Positions 23,901-36,640 of a stretch of 64,000 bases of DNA are shown here, one piece after another (position 1 is the first letter of the stretch; the number at the start of each line of letters is the position of its first letter). Origin of the DNA: Paragordius varius (Eukaryota; Animalia; Nematomorpha); assembly GCA_964247055.1 (NCBI GenBank), contig OZ176053.1, positions 310,001-374,000 on the forward strand, written 5' to 3'. The translations under genes and the position numbers were made by a program. The notes under the pieces are model-generated. The model saw only the letters and a list, made by a program, of their open reading frames with translations, did no database searches and was not told the origin of the DNA.

Positions 23901-26900
23901 TGTCCGTATAATTTTTATGTTTATCATATTCTTATAATTTAATTTTATACAAAATCTTTTAAAGTGAAATTTCAAAATATGAAGACAAAACAATTAATCA
24001 ATATTGTTCATTAATAAAACCATATTTTTTAAAACTTAAACAAATCCTTATTTTAAAATCAATTTATTATGCCCGAGTCACTGAAAAGATGATTAATAAT
24101 TTTATATTAATTAATTTATACAATCTGAAATATATGCCATTTAGATTTAAATTCACCCTTGAACAATTTAAATTCACGCTTAAAGAATTCAAAATCAACA
24201 CCCTTGAACAATGAACAATCAAAATATAGCCTATAATAAATTATGCGTTTTTTTATGATTAAAAATTACCTATATTTTATAATTTTAAAATATGAAATTC
24301 TGTTTAAAATTTATATAATGCTAAAAAAATAATTAAAATATGTCGTAAAAATATATTTCATATTGATGAATTAAAATAGCCCGAAAACATATAATTTATT
24401 TTTAGGGTGAATTTGAATTGTTCAAGGGTGCTATATATTATAAAATTAGTTACACAATTTAAATATTAATATTTTTTACACCTGTTCTGTCGGGGTAACC
24501 GGAAAAATTGAGACGAATTTTCTCAGAAGTTTTAAGGGCAAAAAAACAAATAATTAATTATTTTATAAATTTTTTAAAATAAACCAATCACATCACCTGT
24601 AAAAGAACTTATAATTTTTTATAAAATTATTTTATAAAATAAATTTTTTTCTTATTACACAAAACCAAAAAATACCTGTTCTGCCGACATAACGGGAAAA
24701 ATAAGGCAGAATACGCGTTTTATGAAATTTTTTTAAAAGATTATTATTTTCACAAAAAAGCAAATATTAATTTATTAAAATACTTTTACAAATCAGCTGT
24801 TTTTTGGACTCACTAAAAAGATGACATCTTATTTTTTTAAAAAAAACTTTTTTAAACATTTTTTTAATTTCAAAATTTACAAAAAAATCAAAAAAAGTCA
24901 CCTGTTCTGCCGACGTAAAGGGGAAAAATAAGGCAAAATACGCGTTTTATCAAATCTTGTTAAAAGATTATTATTTTCACAAAAAAGCAAATATTAATTT
25001 ATTGAAATACTTTTACAAATCAGCTGTTTTGTTGGACTTTTTTAAAAACTTTTTTAATTTCAATTTTTTTAAAATCACCTGTTCTGCCGGCGTAACCGGG
25101 AAAATAAGATGGAATACGCGTTTTATCATAGAGGCCGAAATGATTGAAGTTTGGAGCCAATGTTGAATATCTTCTTCGCTTATTTCACGGTCCGGAGCTT
25201 TTTCTAAATTTTCTAGAAAACCACCACCAAAAAAATTTTTAAGGACTTTTTTGCGGTAAAAAAAGAATATAAAAAAAAGAATAACTATATGAAAGTTATA
25301 CAATTAAAACTCTTTTTTTCAAATTTTTTTATGAAAATATAATTACAAGTCAAAATACGGGAACCTGTATATTATAAGGCAACACCTCTCCTCTAATTAT
25401 GGTTAAAACAGATTTTATCAAGTCAAATAATTACATTTTAGGGAAAAAATTAGACCATAAAATCCTTTTTGTGACTTAAATGTACTGAAGAACGTACAAA
25501 ATAAAAAAATCATTAATTTAAACAATTTTTTTTTGCATATAAAAACGCGACGTCGCAAAATTTTTTATTTATTTAGTCAAACCAACCTTTTTGCAAATAC
25601 ACAATTCGGGAAAGAAAATACCAATGATATACAGTATGCATTTTAATGGTTGCTTATTTTACACCATTATAGTAGTTGAGCAATTTGCCCTACACAGTAA
25701 TGTATGGAAAAAAGTAAGGTTCCAATGGGTTTATTCAACATTTTGTTGTTTTTTCCATACCCTACAATGTGAAATAAGCAATAATTAAAATGCATACTGT
25801 GTCATTGGTAAGGTTATAAAAATAAGAAAACTTTATATATGAATGCGGATTTTTTTCTAAAATATTTAGACTTCAAATTTACTTTTTCTGTATATAATGT
25901 TAATTTTAAATTTTTAAAAATAAAAAGTATATGTAATAATTTTTCAAAAACAATTTATTTCTAGGGGGGAATTTAAAGAAAAAATGTTTAAAATTAAGAT
26001 AAGATCTTCGAGGGTAAATTGAAATGTTCAAGAATGATTTTTAGGGGTAAATGGTGTTTATAAAAAGAAAGTTTAATTCTTTAAGCGCGTTGTTTAAAAC
26101 CTTATACAATTTCAACCTTCAGCTCATTCATGCGATTATATTGCTCACAAAAAATAAAAAATATAATAGTAGGAAAATTTCACTTTAAAGTTGTATATAT
26201 AGAAATTTAATTTTACATAAATTTTTATCAGTAACACCTGAATTAAAAAATACTAAAAGTTAACTCTATTATAAAACTAACCATCGGTTAAAATCTTTTT
26301 CCTATACATTTATATAGAATTGTTTATCTCATAAGGTTAAAAAACCCCACAACTTCATATTTATCTAAGTTCTGTGCTGGAAAGATATCATAGATAATTT
26401 AATATAATTTTTAACTAAGATTTTAATAGTTGCTTATTTTATACACTATAGTAGGTTGCAACACGATAGAAGTGTATGGAAAAAACAACAAAATGTTGAA
26501 TAAACATCATTTCCTTTTTTTATATATACTCCTGTGTAGGGCAAATTGCCCCCTACTATAATAGTGTGAAATAAGCAAAAAACTTTATATTTTAAATTTT
26601 AGGCTGTTTATTAATTATATTTACAAGTTTTTTTGTTTTATAATAAATGTATAATACTCATATCTGGCCACAAAAGTTCCTGTAATAAATGTTGAGCTAA
26701 ACGATGAACAGAATTAGGATTTTCTCGAAGTTTCCATGTGGCTAAATTGGGTGAATTTTTTGTCATGGCATAATAGGCACTGATGATAGCAACCACAAAC
26801 TATACAGTAAAAATATATATCAATTATAAAGACAAAACATAAAAAGTTCTAATATAAGTATTTTTTCTTCTATAGGTGAAAAGTATATTTATGATTATAA

Positions 26901-27425
26901 CACCATGATTAACATATATAAAAATTGTCTGCGCGTTACCAAATTACAAATTTATTATTTATTTCACAACACGAAATTCAAATAAAAATTTTACATTAAA
27001 ACAAATAGTTTACTTTTTATGTTATAAAATATCTTACTTTAAATAATTCCTCGGCTTTAACTGTTTTATGAGGACTGGCAATTTTATAAATGACATTTGC
27101 GCGTTGAAAAACATTGCCTTTGAGAATGTGTGCCAGAGATATGTTAAAAGATTCAGCAGTGAGCGTATTTACACCCCTAATATGATAGGTTATATTGCAC
27201 ATTTCATTGTACAAATTATCGGCCAAAAATTTAGGTAAATGTTTTTCAATATAACTCTAAAGGTTTAAACACATGGCATACCTTAAACTTGTTTTCATCT
27301 AGCACATCTTTAGATTTTTCATTCGACAACAAATGTACCAGTTTCTTTATATTTTCTTTTTCTTCTGTGTTAAATAACTTTTGAGATTCGGTAAATGAGG
27401 AATGGGCGCTAATGTTTTGTCCCAT
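14959..27425 (-). CDS. MEAK7: TLDc-domain protein MEAK7/TLDC1, 460 aa; exons 27425-27282, 27256-27038, 26799-26658, 25203-25079, 22964-22778, 20768-20670, 18620-18502, 17211-17032, 15126-14959
   Basis: MG N-terminus; TLDc motifs WRLLYASTIHGESF, GPVIIVIKEKNGNIFGGF, GNDSCFVFSL and EVWGVG; C-terminal SMLDADP..HSEGMRE. Nine phase-consistent exons total 1383 nt. Confidence 0.9.
15740..15910 (+). pseudogene. Possible Ty3/Gypsy gag remnant
   Basis: Reads KKNFLMDKPITFEMAYEKAGNSFLSEKNSQVM, resembling the gag pattern QKKLL....LTL.KA.E.A...E...KN. Short and isolated. Confidence 0.3.
16554..16866. mobile_element. MITE family B (about 300 bp, about 90-bp TIRs); other copies about 18723-19091, 33655-33922, 35748-36014, 44198-44494, 46736-47034, 47284-47563, 54720-54985 plus fragments
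   Basis: TIR CAGTAAAAATTGAAATTATACGGACAAAACGTAAAAATATAAAGACAAAT..., with the revcomp at the other end. Mostly TA-flanked. Confidence 0.85.
17231..17917. mobile_element. MITE/foldback family A with a subterminal 21-bp tandem array (about 21 units here); about 19 copies or fragments in the window
   Basis: Ends TACCATTTACARTTCAAATTCACCCT / AGGGTGAATTTGAATTGTAAATGGTA. Unit TTCAAATTCACCCTTGAACAA; conserved core of about 230 bp. Other copies about 16005-16215, 19273-19550, 19894-20160, 21277-21497, 23090-23711, 24135-24430, 30745-33420 (interrupted), 39810-40103, 42562-42954, 43438-43759, 44560-44820, 44957-45300, 46070-46359, 50733-50962, 51778-52045, 59601-60372, 62860-63078, 63663-63906. Confidence 0.9.
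19265..20480. repeat. Tandem duplication of an approximately 620-bp unit (MITE A + spacer + half MITE B)
   Basis: TACAGGTAAAAATCTCCTTTTAAATAAATTGCAGTCAGTAAAA at about 19596 and about 20211; ACAGTAAATGTTGAAATTATACGG at about 19760 and about 20368. Confidence 0.85.
21584..21766. mobile_element. MITE family C (about 180 bp); other copies 25630-25800, 34805-34996, partial 26428-26580 and 43005-43132
   Basis: TIR CAGTATGCATTTTAATGGTTGC / GCAACCATTAAAATGCATACTG; shared core with GGGCAATTTGCCC and CAGTAGTGTATGGAAAAAA. Confidence 0.8.
21770..22770. repeat. Degenerate tandem array of about 100-bp units (about 9-10 copies)
   Basis: Recurring AAAATGCATACTGT...AATAATATTAAT...AAACTTTTTTTTCGATAAT. Confidence 0.8.
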
Positions 27426-27502
27426 TTTCTTAGATTTTTCTTACACGAATTCAAGGTGAAACGTTCACCTGGGAGTGTGTGTGTGGTTTCGATTTGAAAG
27501 TT
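27426..27502. promoter_or_regulatory. Putative bidirectional promoter between MEAK7 and TRMU (77 bp between ATGs)
   Basis: Divergent ATGs at 27425 (-) and 27503 (+). Confidence 0.7.
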
Positions 27503-30500
27503 ATGCGTGTAGCGAAAAATGGCCCAGTTATCGCATGTGCTCTTTCAGGAGGTATTGATAGCCTTATATCAGCTAAAATACTTAAAGAAAAAGGTTTACT
27601 TATAGTTTTAACGACTTAAGGCTATAATCTAATTGGAGTTTACATGAAAAATTGGGATTCAAACGAAGACCTTGGTTATTGTACCGGAGGACGGGATCTG
27701 AGAGATGCGGAAAATGTTTGTAAAATCCTTGATATTCCATTTCATGTTGCAAATTTTGTCCAAGATTATTGGCATAATGTTTTCCAGTAATGGTATATTT
27801 ATTATAAATTTAATGATCCCATCCAATTTTAAAAATTAGGCGTTAAATAAAGTATTTTAATTTTTCAATGTATTATCCCTAATTATAAGGTATACCTTTG
27901 AAAAATCTTGTTTTAAGTTTTTCTATTTAAATTAATTATGATTAAAGGAGGTGAAATCCCATGTTAATTTTATATATATATATATATGTATATATGTACC
28001 TATAAAAATAACTGTTACAATCTATATTTTTCCCACTTTGAATAATAAATAGCCTTTTACTTTTCAAATTTTTACTTTTTAAATTGATCTTCAGATAAAT
28101 AATTTATTAATATTTCCTACTAGACCAGTGTTGAATGATTTTAAGGATGGTTATTACACCCCTAATCCCGATATTCTCTGTAATTCTCAAATCAAATTTG
28201 GTTCTTTTTTGCAATATTGCATTAAAGAACTGCAAGTTGTTGCCATAGCAACAGGACATTATGCTGGAAATAGTTGGCCCGCTCAAAAAGTTTTGGCTAA
28301 TTCAAAAAATACTTCACACTATGATGATGTAAACTATGTCACCACCTTGTCATATTCAGGTTTTAAGAAAAATGTTTAAATTTGAAGAATTTTAAAATGC
28401 GGACTTAAAAGTTTTTTGGATAGCTTGAGTTGAGTTTTCTAATTTTTATTTTTGGCTACGATTCTATAATTATGAGTAATTTTTTGTGTTACTACGGAGC
28501 TATGTTTTTTGGTTTTTTAAAAACATATTTTAGTAAAAATTTAAAATATAGAGTCCAAAAACTAAAAATAAAAGTTCAATGTAGACTCTTGTACATAATT
28601 TAATAATTGATACTGTATTTCAAAAAGTTAATTCCTTTTTTTTCGAAATAGATCAACCCAAATTACTTGAAGCAGCTGGAGATAGTGTTAAAGATCAATC
28701 CTTTTTCTTGGCTAATATCAATACTTTGGCTTTGAGTAAATCTATTTTCCCTCTATCGATTCATACGAAAGATGCAGTAAAGAGTGCCATATGTCACGAT
28801 CCCTCCCTAGCTCCAATCTGGGCCCGAAGGCCTGAGAGTCAGGGCATTTGTTTTGTCGGAAAACGTGAGAAATTTGATCGTTTCCTAGCTCAATACCTAG
28901 GCCACTCCGTGGGTTCCCACCAGGTTAGTTTCTAAATTTTTTTTTATATTTTTGGAAATTGCGGATTTGCATTAATTTTTTATGTTTTATACTATATAGA
29001 GAAAATTAGGAACAATATATCTCTTTTTCTATTTTTTTTCTTGTCGATAACTTTGTAAAACTTGGTAAAATTTTGACATTACCTTTAGAGTGAAATAAAA
29101 TTTACAGGTTTAATGATATAAAATTTAACGCGTGGGAGATTTAATTGTTTCTTAGCCCAGTATTTGGGTCTATCTGTGGGTTCTAACCCAGTGCTTGTAA
29201 TTTTTTTTATTTTTTTTCTTATAAAATTAAAGTTGAATGTAATGATAATTAAATGGATTTTTATTGATTCTTGTGGTGAAAAAAATTAAAAGTTAATTTT
29301 TTTTTGCTTTTAGAGTTTGACCGTTTTTAATTTTTTTTTCATTTTTTAATGTATGGGACGAAATGGTTTATTTTAAGATTATATTTTGTATAATTTTAAA
29401 ATTATTACATATGCGTATAATTTGAAAATAAACATGGGCGAATTTGATTGTTTCTTAGCCCAATATTTTGAGCAAGCATTGGGTATTACCCCAGTTTTTT
29501 AAGGACAATCTTTTATTTTTCTTATACCTGTATGGTATGATTGGTGACCATATGGTGTTTTATATGGAATTTTTATTTTTAACCATTTAAGGAAAATTCA
29601 GATTAAATTTGGTTTTTTGGTCGGATATGTCTTTAAGGAAACAAGCAATTACTAATTACAAAATAAAATAATTTTTCTTTTATATCGTTGAAAATTTAAA
29701 ACTGAATTTTTAAATAATAAATATTATACTTTTTTTTGCAATCAAAAACCAAAAATTATATATTACGCGGCAGTTTCCGAAAAATCCATGGTTGTATTTT
29801 GAAAGATGTCGTAAGATTTATGTTGATATATCCATTTTGAAAATTATACCTAAAGATACAATACCCAAATATTTTATGGTTATTTTAAAAATTTGATGAT
29901 ATATATATGTGTTACTTAAAATATTTATATTTGAAAATATGTTTAAATTTAAAATATTTTTATGTTTGCTTAATTTTGACAGAAAAACAAAGCATTACCT
30001 CGAATAGTTGACATAGAAAATAAAGGGCATTTAATTGGACATTTAAAAGATCACGTTATTGATGTTCCATCTTTTAACTGCGAAACAGCTGACCGGTATA
30101 ATTTTTAAATTTTGGTAATAATTTTATAAATATATATTTAAAAAATTTTACGTGAAATATAGTTTTGAAACTAAAATGATAAAATAATTTTAGGAAAATA
30201 ATTATTTTTTGAGCGATTTTAAAACATTTTAATTACACATCTAAAATTAATAAGCCTTCAGGCAATTAAACAAAATTCACACTTGATATTAAGTTAATAA
30301 TAATTTATTAAAATTATTGCAATTTTGTCCCTGGATTTATTAAAATATTATAATTATTTTTAGTCACTCCATATGAATTTTGCAAAGAAATATAAATTTA
30401 TACTGATATACCTATAATCACAAATAATTTATTTCGATATAAATATATATGTATAAATTGTAAATAATTAATTTTTAATTATTTATTTATAATATATCTT

Positions 30501-33500
30501 AATTTTATTTTTATAATTTCATTTTATATTTTATATTAGCAAAAATATATTGAGTACACCATTTGTAACTATTGGACAACGTATTCCACATTCTAGAATC
30601 CAATTTGAAACTTCAATGATGAATAATAATAGGCTCAATGGTCAGCCTTTTTATGTTGTGTATAAATGCAAATATTCAAGCGATATATACGTGGTTTTTG
30701 ATTTTTTAAATTTTATAAATTTATATATATATATAGCATTTACAAATCAAATTCACCCTTAAACAATTTAAAATCACCCTTGTATAATTTAAATTCCTTA
30801 ATCAATTCTAACTCACCCTTGAACAATTCAAATTCACCCTTGAACAATTCTAATTCACCCTTGAACAATTCAAATTCATCCTTAAATAAATTATATGTCT
30901 TTTAAGATTAAAATTTAACTATAATTTTTTATATTTTTAAAAAATGAAATTTGTTTAATATTAATATAACACAGTGTGCAACAAATTTACTCAAGATATC
31001 ATACCTAGCTTAATATAACCCTTGTGACATATACATCTCAAAAATATAAGGATAAAAAAAATTGTCAATGTAGAAAATTTTTTTTTCACTTTTTCCATAT
31101 ATGGATATATTCGGAAAAAATCAATTTATTTGCATAATACTTGATCAAAAATTATAAAACTTATATATAATATAAATAATATTAAATAAATATTATTTGC
31201 AAAATTTGGCTTAATATGAATGGATAGATTTAAAATAAACGTCAATTTATTAAATCCAACTAAATTTAGCCCTTTATATTAGTAACATAAAAAATACTTG
31301 ATGAAAATCAATATAATATGCGCCAAAATTTAAGTTTAACTTTATATGTTAATATAAATATTACTTATATATAATAAAAATTAGGTTTTAACTAAGTTAA
31401 AAATTTTTGAAATTTTTTATTTTACTAAAATAAAATTAAATTTTTTTAATATCAACTGTAATATAATCATATCTGGTGATTATAAATATAACCATATGGA
31501 TTTTTTTACCTGGATTTTTGAATTGTAGATGATATTGACTGTTGCTTTACCCTGATATGATGGTATATTTTATAATAATTATAGATAAATATATTTGGAA
31601 TTTAGATATAACATTGAAAAACCAATGTAATCCATTGTGAAAATCATATTTTAAAGACAAACTTGCTAATCACAAGCAAACATCCACCAGAAAATTATAT
31701 TTTGATACATTATGTTCATTGTGTAATAAATTAATATATTTAATTTTTTTAATATAAAATTGTTTACTTGGTTTTGAACGAATGTGGGCAAGGTCCATCC
31801 AAAGATTTCTATTAGTTTCAATGTTGAGTTCTGCCAAAGAATTGGTTTCTCTTAAATTACCCATTCTAATTTAAATAAAACTCCTCCATAGATTGCTATT
31901 TTTTGTTATGTTGAGTTATGCCAGTATTCAGGCACATAATTATTTTAGGTTCATTTAGAAATGTAAAATTTAAAAAAATCTTCTGAATACGGCCAGTTTT
32001 TTCTTGAATGATTTTTTAAAAAACGGTTTATGGCAAAAGAAAGTGTTAACGAAGTATACATCAGTTTTACCAAAACTTGGGCTCTAAAAGCTTATTTATG
32101 GCCCTGAATTATCAATTAAATTTTATGTCATACTTATTTTTAATATAAATGTCTGCAAGTTTTTATAGTTATAGTATGTTGCACGGTTCATGAGACAAGA
32201 TTTTGCAGCCCTTTTAATTTTTTTTGAATACCATTTCTTCAAATTCTAATATTTAAATCTTTTAAAAGGTGTTGATAATCATTTTATAAACTATTTTAAT
32301 CGGGTATTTCATGATTAATATTTTGGCAAAAAGACTTTCTCAATATCAAGAACTTTTTCAACAAGGTTGTTTGCGATGGCTTAAGAAGCGCATGATCTAA
32401 GAGAAATCAATTCTTTGGCAGAACTCAACATTAAAACTAATGGAAATCTTTGGATGGACCTTGCCCACATTCGTATAAAAACAAGTAAACAATTTTATAT
32501 TAAAAAAATTAAATATATTAATTTATTACACAATGAACATAATGTATCAAAATATAATTTTCTGGTGGATGTTTGCTTGTGATTAGCAAGTTTGTCTTTA
32601 AAATATGATTTTCACAATGGATTACATTGGTTTTTCAATGTTATATCTAAATTCCAAATATATTTATCTATAATTATTATAAAATATACCATCATATCAG
32701 GGTAAAGCAACAGTCAATATCATCTACAATTCAAAAATCCAGGTAAAAAAATCCATATGGTTATATTTATAATCACCAGACATGATTATATTACAGTTGA
32801 TATTAAAAAAATTTAATTTTATTTTAGTAAAATAAAAAATTTCAAAAATTTTTAACTTAGTTAAAACCTAATTTTTATTATATATAAGTAATATTTATAT
32901 TAACATATAAAGTTAAACTTAAATTTTGGCGCATATTATATTGATTTTCATCAAGTATTTTTTATGTTACTAATATAAAGGGCTGAATTTAGTTGGATTT
33001 AATAAATTGACGTTTATTTTGAATCTATCCATTCATATTGAGCCAAAATTTGGAAATAATATTTATTTAATATTATTTATATTATATATAAGTTTTATAA
33101 TTTTTGATCAAGTATTATGCAAATAAATTGATTTTTTCCGAATATATCCATATATGGTAAAAGTGAAAAAAAAATTTTCTACATTGATAATTTTTTTTAT
33201 CCTTATATTTTTAGGATGTCTATGTCACAACGGTCATATTAAGCTTAATATAATATCCTGAGAAAATAAATACCCCCAATTTTGCACACTGTGTAATACT
33301 GAAAAAATAATAAACTATGCCATAAAGATATACTTTATATTAATAATGAGTTATATTAGCCGCCCGAAAACACTTAAGTGAATTTGAATTGTTCGAGGGT
33401 GAATTGAATTGTCTATAGATTTAAAAAATTTTTGTCTTTTTGAAATTGGATGTTTTACTTTTTTTTGCCAAATTTAACAAAGGAATGTTGCTAATATTTT

Positions 33501-35215
33501 AGAATTGTAATTTTTTTTTTCAAAAAGACAATAAAACTAAGTTTTTAAACCACATTAAATTTAGTGTCCAACACATTATCTCAATAATATTCTTTATTTG
33601 AAAAAATATTTCGTACAAATTAAATCAATACTAACTGTTTATACTACCCTTTAAATGAAATTATACGGACAAAACGTGAAATATAAAGACAAATATATTT
33701 CTTCAAAAAAAACAACCATACTTTTTTATTCTTGATTTTTTTAGATATAACTCAGTTTAAACTGTAATTAAATTATAACTCAATGTAAATTGGTAACAAT
33801 TATGCTCGATTGTAATTAGTTTTTATATAACACAAATTAAGATTTAAAAAAGTATGGGTAAAAAAAATTTTGACTTTATATTTTTACATTTTGTCCATAG
33901 TATAATTTCAATTTTTACTGTACTTTATGTGAAATTTTTAACACAATAAACATAAAATTGCCAATAATGTATTTATATCGTATGTATTATGAGTGTTTTT
34001 AATTTTCTACAATTTTTTTTATTTGTTTAATTAAAATAATTTTTTTTTAAATTTTTTTTTATTTTTTTGTTAAAATAATTTTTTTTAGAGCAAAGCATGG
34101 AATCACCCGCTCTTATATTCCACCCTTTTTATCACAGAACCGGCTCATTGGATTAATAATGATTGCACAACCATTTTTCAAAACGATAATATCAATTCTT
34201 TTTCAAATCAAAATGCCGCCATAGGAAATAAAAGTTTATTTTTACGGCAAAACAACAGAAAAAAGTATGCCTTATACTTTCGACACGTAAATATTGAAGC
34301 TAAATACCCTTGCAATTTATGTACTATTTCCAATACTAATCAAATGGAGTTTTTAAGCGTTTTACAAAGGGCAATTTTTCAAAACGGACCTCAGTATGCG
34401 AAATTTGAACATTTTTATCATGTTATATGTGATGAGTTTGAAAAGAATTTTTGTACAACACGATCAAGAGTGAATTTAAATAATAATTTTAAATACGGTG
34501 GTTTAATTGTTCAAACAAAGTATCCTTCAAGAGCTATAACGCCAGGACAGGTAATACAAAATGAATTATTTTTGAATATAAAATTTGTAGTACGTTTTAA
34601 GGCGAATATATATATATATATATATATCATTTATAAATGTTTACAATCAAATGCTGTATTTTGAAAGAGAAAAATTAATCATAGAGTTTTATATTCATAA
34701 TTTTTTATTTCCAACCTGTTTTTATTTAAGGTAGTATATAGGTGTATTAAATCTCCTCCGGTTTAATATTTGATAAAATCCTACTTTAATACCTTTCTTA
34801 TACTTACAGTATGCAGCATTTTAATGGTTGCTTATTTCACACTATAGGGGGCAATTAGGCCTACACAGTAGTGTATGGAAAAAACGCAACAAAATGGTGA
34901 CTAAACAATCATTTCCTTTCTTTTTTTCCATACACTACTGTGTAGCTTGCAAATTGCCCCCTACTATAGTGTGCAACCATTAAAATGCATACTCTAAATA
35001 TAAACCCCTAAATATATAGTTAATAACTTTTGAAATAGTGGTTTTTATCTTAAAATATGGATTTTTTACCCATTTGCTTTATATTTATTGAATTTTATAT
35101 CATATATTTTATATTATAATAAATGTAGTATGCGGTTTTCTATGAAGGGAATGTGTGCCTAGGATGTGCCCGAATCAAATTTGTTATTCCAAATTTTGAG
35201 GAGATTGATGATTAA
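27503..35215 (+). CDS. TRMU: Mitochondrial tRNA 2-thiouridylase (MnmA/TRMU); exons 27503-27593, 27621-27786, 28124-28359, 28652-28923, about 29981-30095, 30540-30693, 34089-34550, 35129-35215
   Basis: PP-loop [64 protein letters not shown]|YAVFY..CLG. Confidence 0.95.
30970..33293. mobile_element. 2.3-kb foldback element with CACAGTG...CACTGTG termini, TAA TSD and inverted arms of about 890 bp, inserted in a family-A MITE
   Basis: TAA at 30967-30969 and 33294-33296. Removing the element restores the family-A consensus TTAATATAATACTGAAAA. Arm 30970-31860 is a near-identical revcomp of about 32395-33293. Confidence 0.85.
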
Positions 35216-35499
35216 TGAATGAAATTTTGCTCAACAAAAATAAATTTTTAGTCACTTTATATTGTGTGGGTTGATATTTTTTTTTAAAAAAATATTAATA
35301 TTTGATGATACTATGGAACTTTAATCCAAAGTAAATTGACGTGAATAATACTTACATACTTCAGATGTATGTCTATATTCTTAAAAAGTTAATCAGTATT
35401 CTTGCAGAGTCTTATGTTGGCTTTGTAACTAAATAAAAATATCAAAATCTTTCCATTTTGCTAATTATTACTAGTTATTGGTATTTTTATTAGAAATCA

Positions 35500-36640
35500 A
35501 ATAAATGACCAGAAAATTTACGGTTTCTATTACCAATATTTTCCATCGTACAAACGGTTAGATCACACACATTTTTGTCAATTTCTTTAGATTTTATAGA
35601 CTCTAAACTGCGATATTAGTAATTTGGCACGAGAACTTACAAAATTTATGACATTAAAAATCATATTTTGGGTCGAAAATTTTAAAAAAATCTTTTTCAA
35701 TATTCTAAAAAAAAGACATATAGTCCTTATTGAATTATACCTATTATTACAGAAAAAACTGAAGTTATACGGACAAAACGTAAAAATATAAAGACAAATA
35801 TTTTTTTCTTAAAGACAACAGCCTGTTTTAAATGGCAAAGTATATAATAGTGATATATATATAACTAACCCAATCAATTTTATATTTTACAATTGTAATT
35901 AACTGTCTTATATGGGAAACATTAAGTTGTTAAAAAGTATGGTTGTCTTTAAGAAAAAAATATTTATCTTTATAATTTCACGTTTTGTCCTTATAACTTT
36001 CAATTTTTACTGTATTATTCAAATTAATCCACGTCCAGAATTTCGTTGTACCAGGAACACTTGCTTTATTGAAAGCAAGGTTTGAAAAAAATTGTATGTT
36101 AATTATCCATGGCATATGGAATAATCATATTCTGTATGCCAATAATTATGGTGTACAAGTTAAAATTAAATACAAGAGGTTAAAATTGTTTTATTATATT
36201 TATCAAATGTCCGAAAATTCAGGCTTTTTTTTACTTTAAGGCGCCTATATAAACAAAATGCACAGGAAAGTGGTTGTTTTTAGATCAACCAAAAATTAGG
36301 GTGTCTGGAGAGAATATTTATAACCGAAAAAAATGGCTTACAAGGCTAACGGAATTTTCGCTCTAAATACGATTGAGCCTTATCTGTTAAGGGGGCATCA
36401 TCATTGTATGAGGTCCAGCCCGTCCGCTTGTATTATATAGAGCATATAAAGCCCTTTGTCGCTCTTTCCACGGCCCACACTGGACAATCATATCCGCTCT
36501 CGTTGGATGGCTATTTAGGGTAAACCTCCAGGAAGTGAGAGTCGAACTTTCATAAAAAGATCAAAGTTAGACAATTACGACTACAAAGATAGAAGAGATA
36601 TGGATTTAAACCACGGTTTGTGCAAACTAATCAACTTTTT
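35500..36640 (+). pseudogene. Decayed coding-like sequence, probably TE-derived, unidentified; interrupted by a family-B MITE
   Basis: Locally higher GC and long stop-punctuated frames, e.g. KCTGKWLFLDQPKIRVSGENIYNRKKWL and RLYYIEHIKPFVALSTAHTGQSYPLSLDGYLG*TSRK*ESNFHKKIKV. Confidence 0.45.

Noticed and set aside
27503-35215. MnmA-like gene as bacterial HGT or contamination
   Set aside because: It has seven spliceosomal introns and is the standard nuclear-encoded mitochondrial TRMU.
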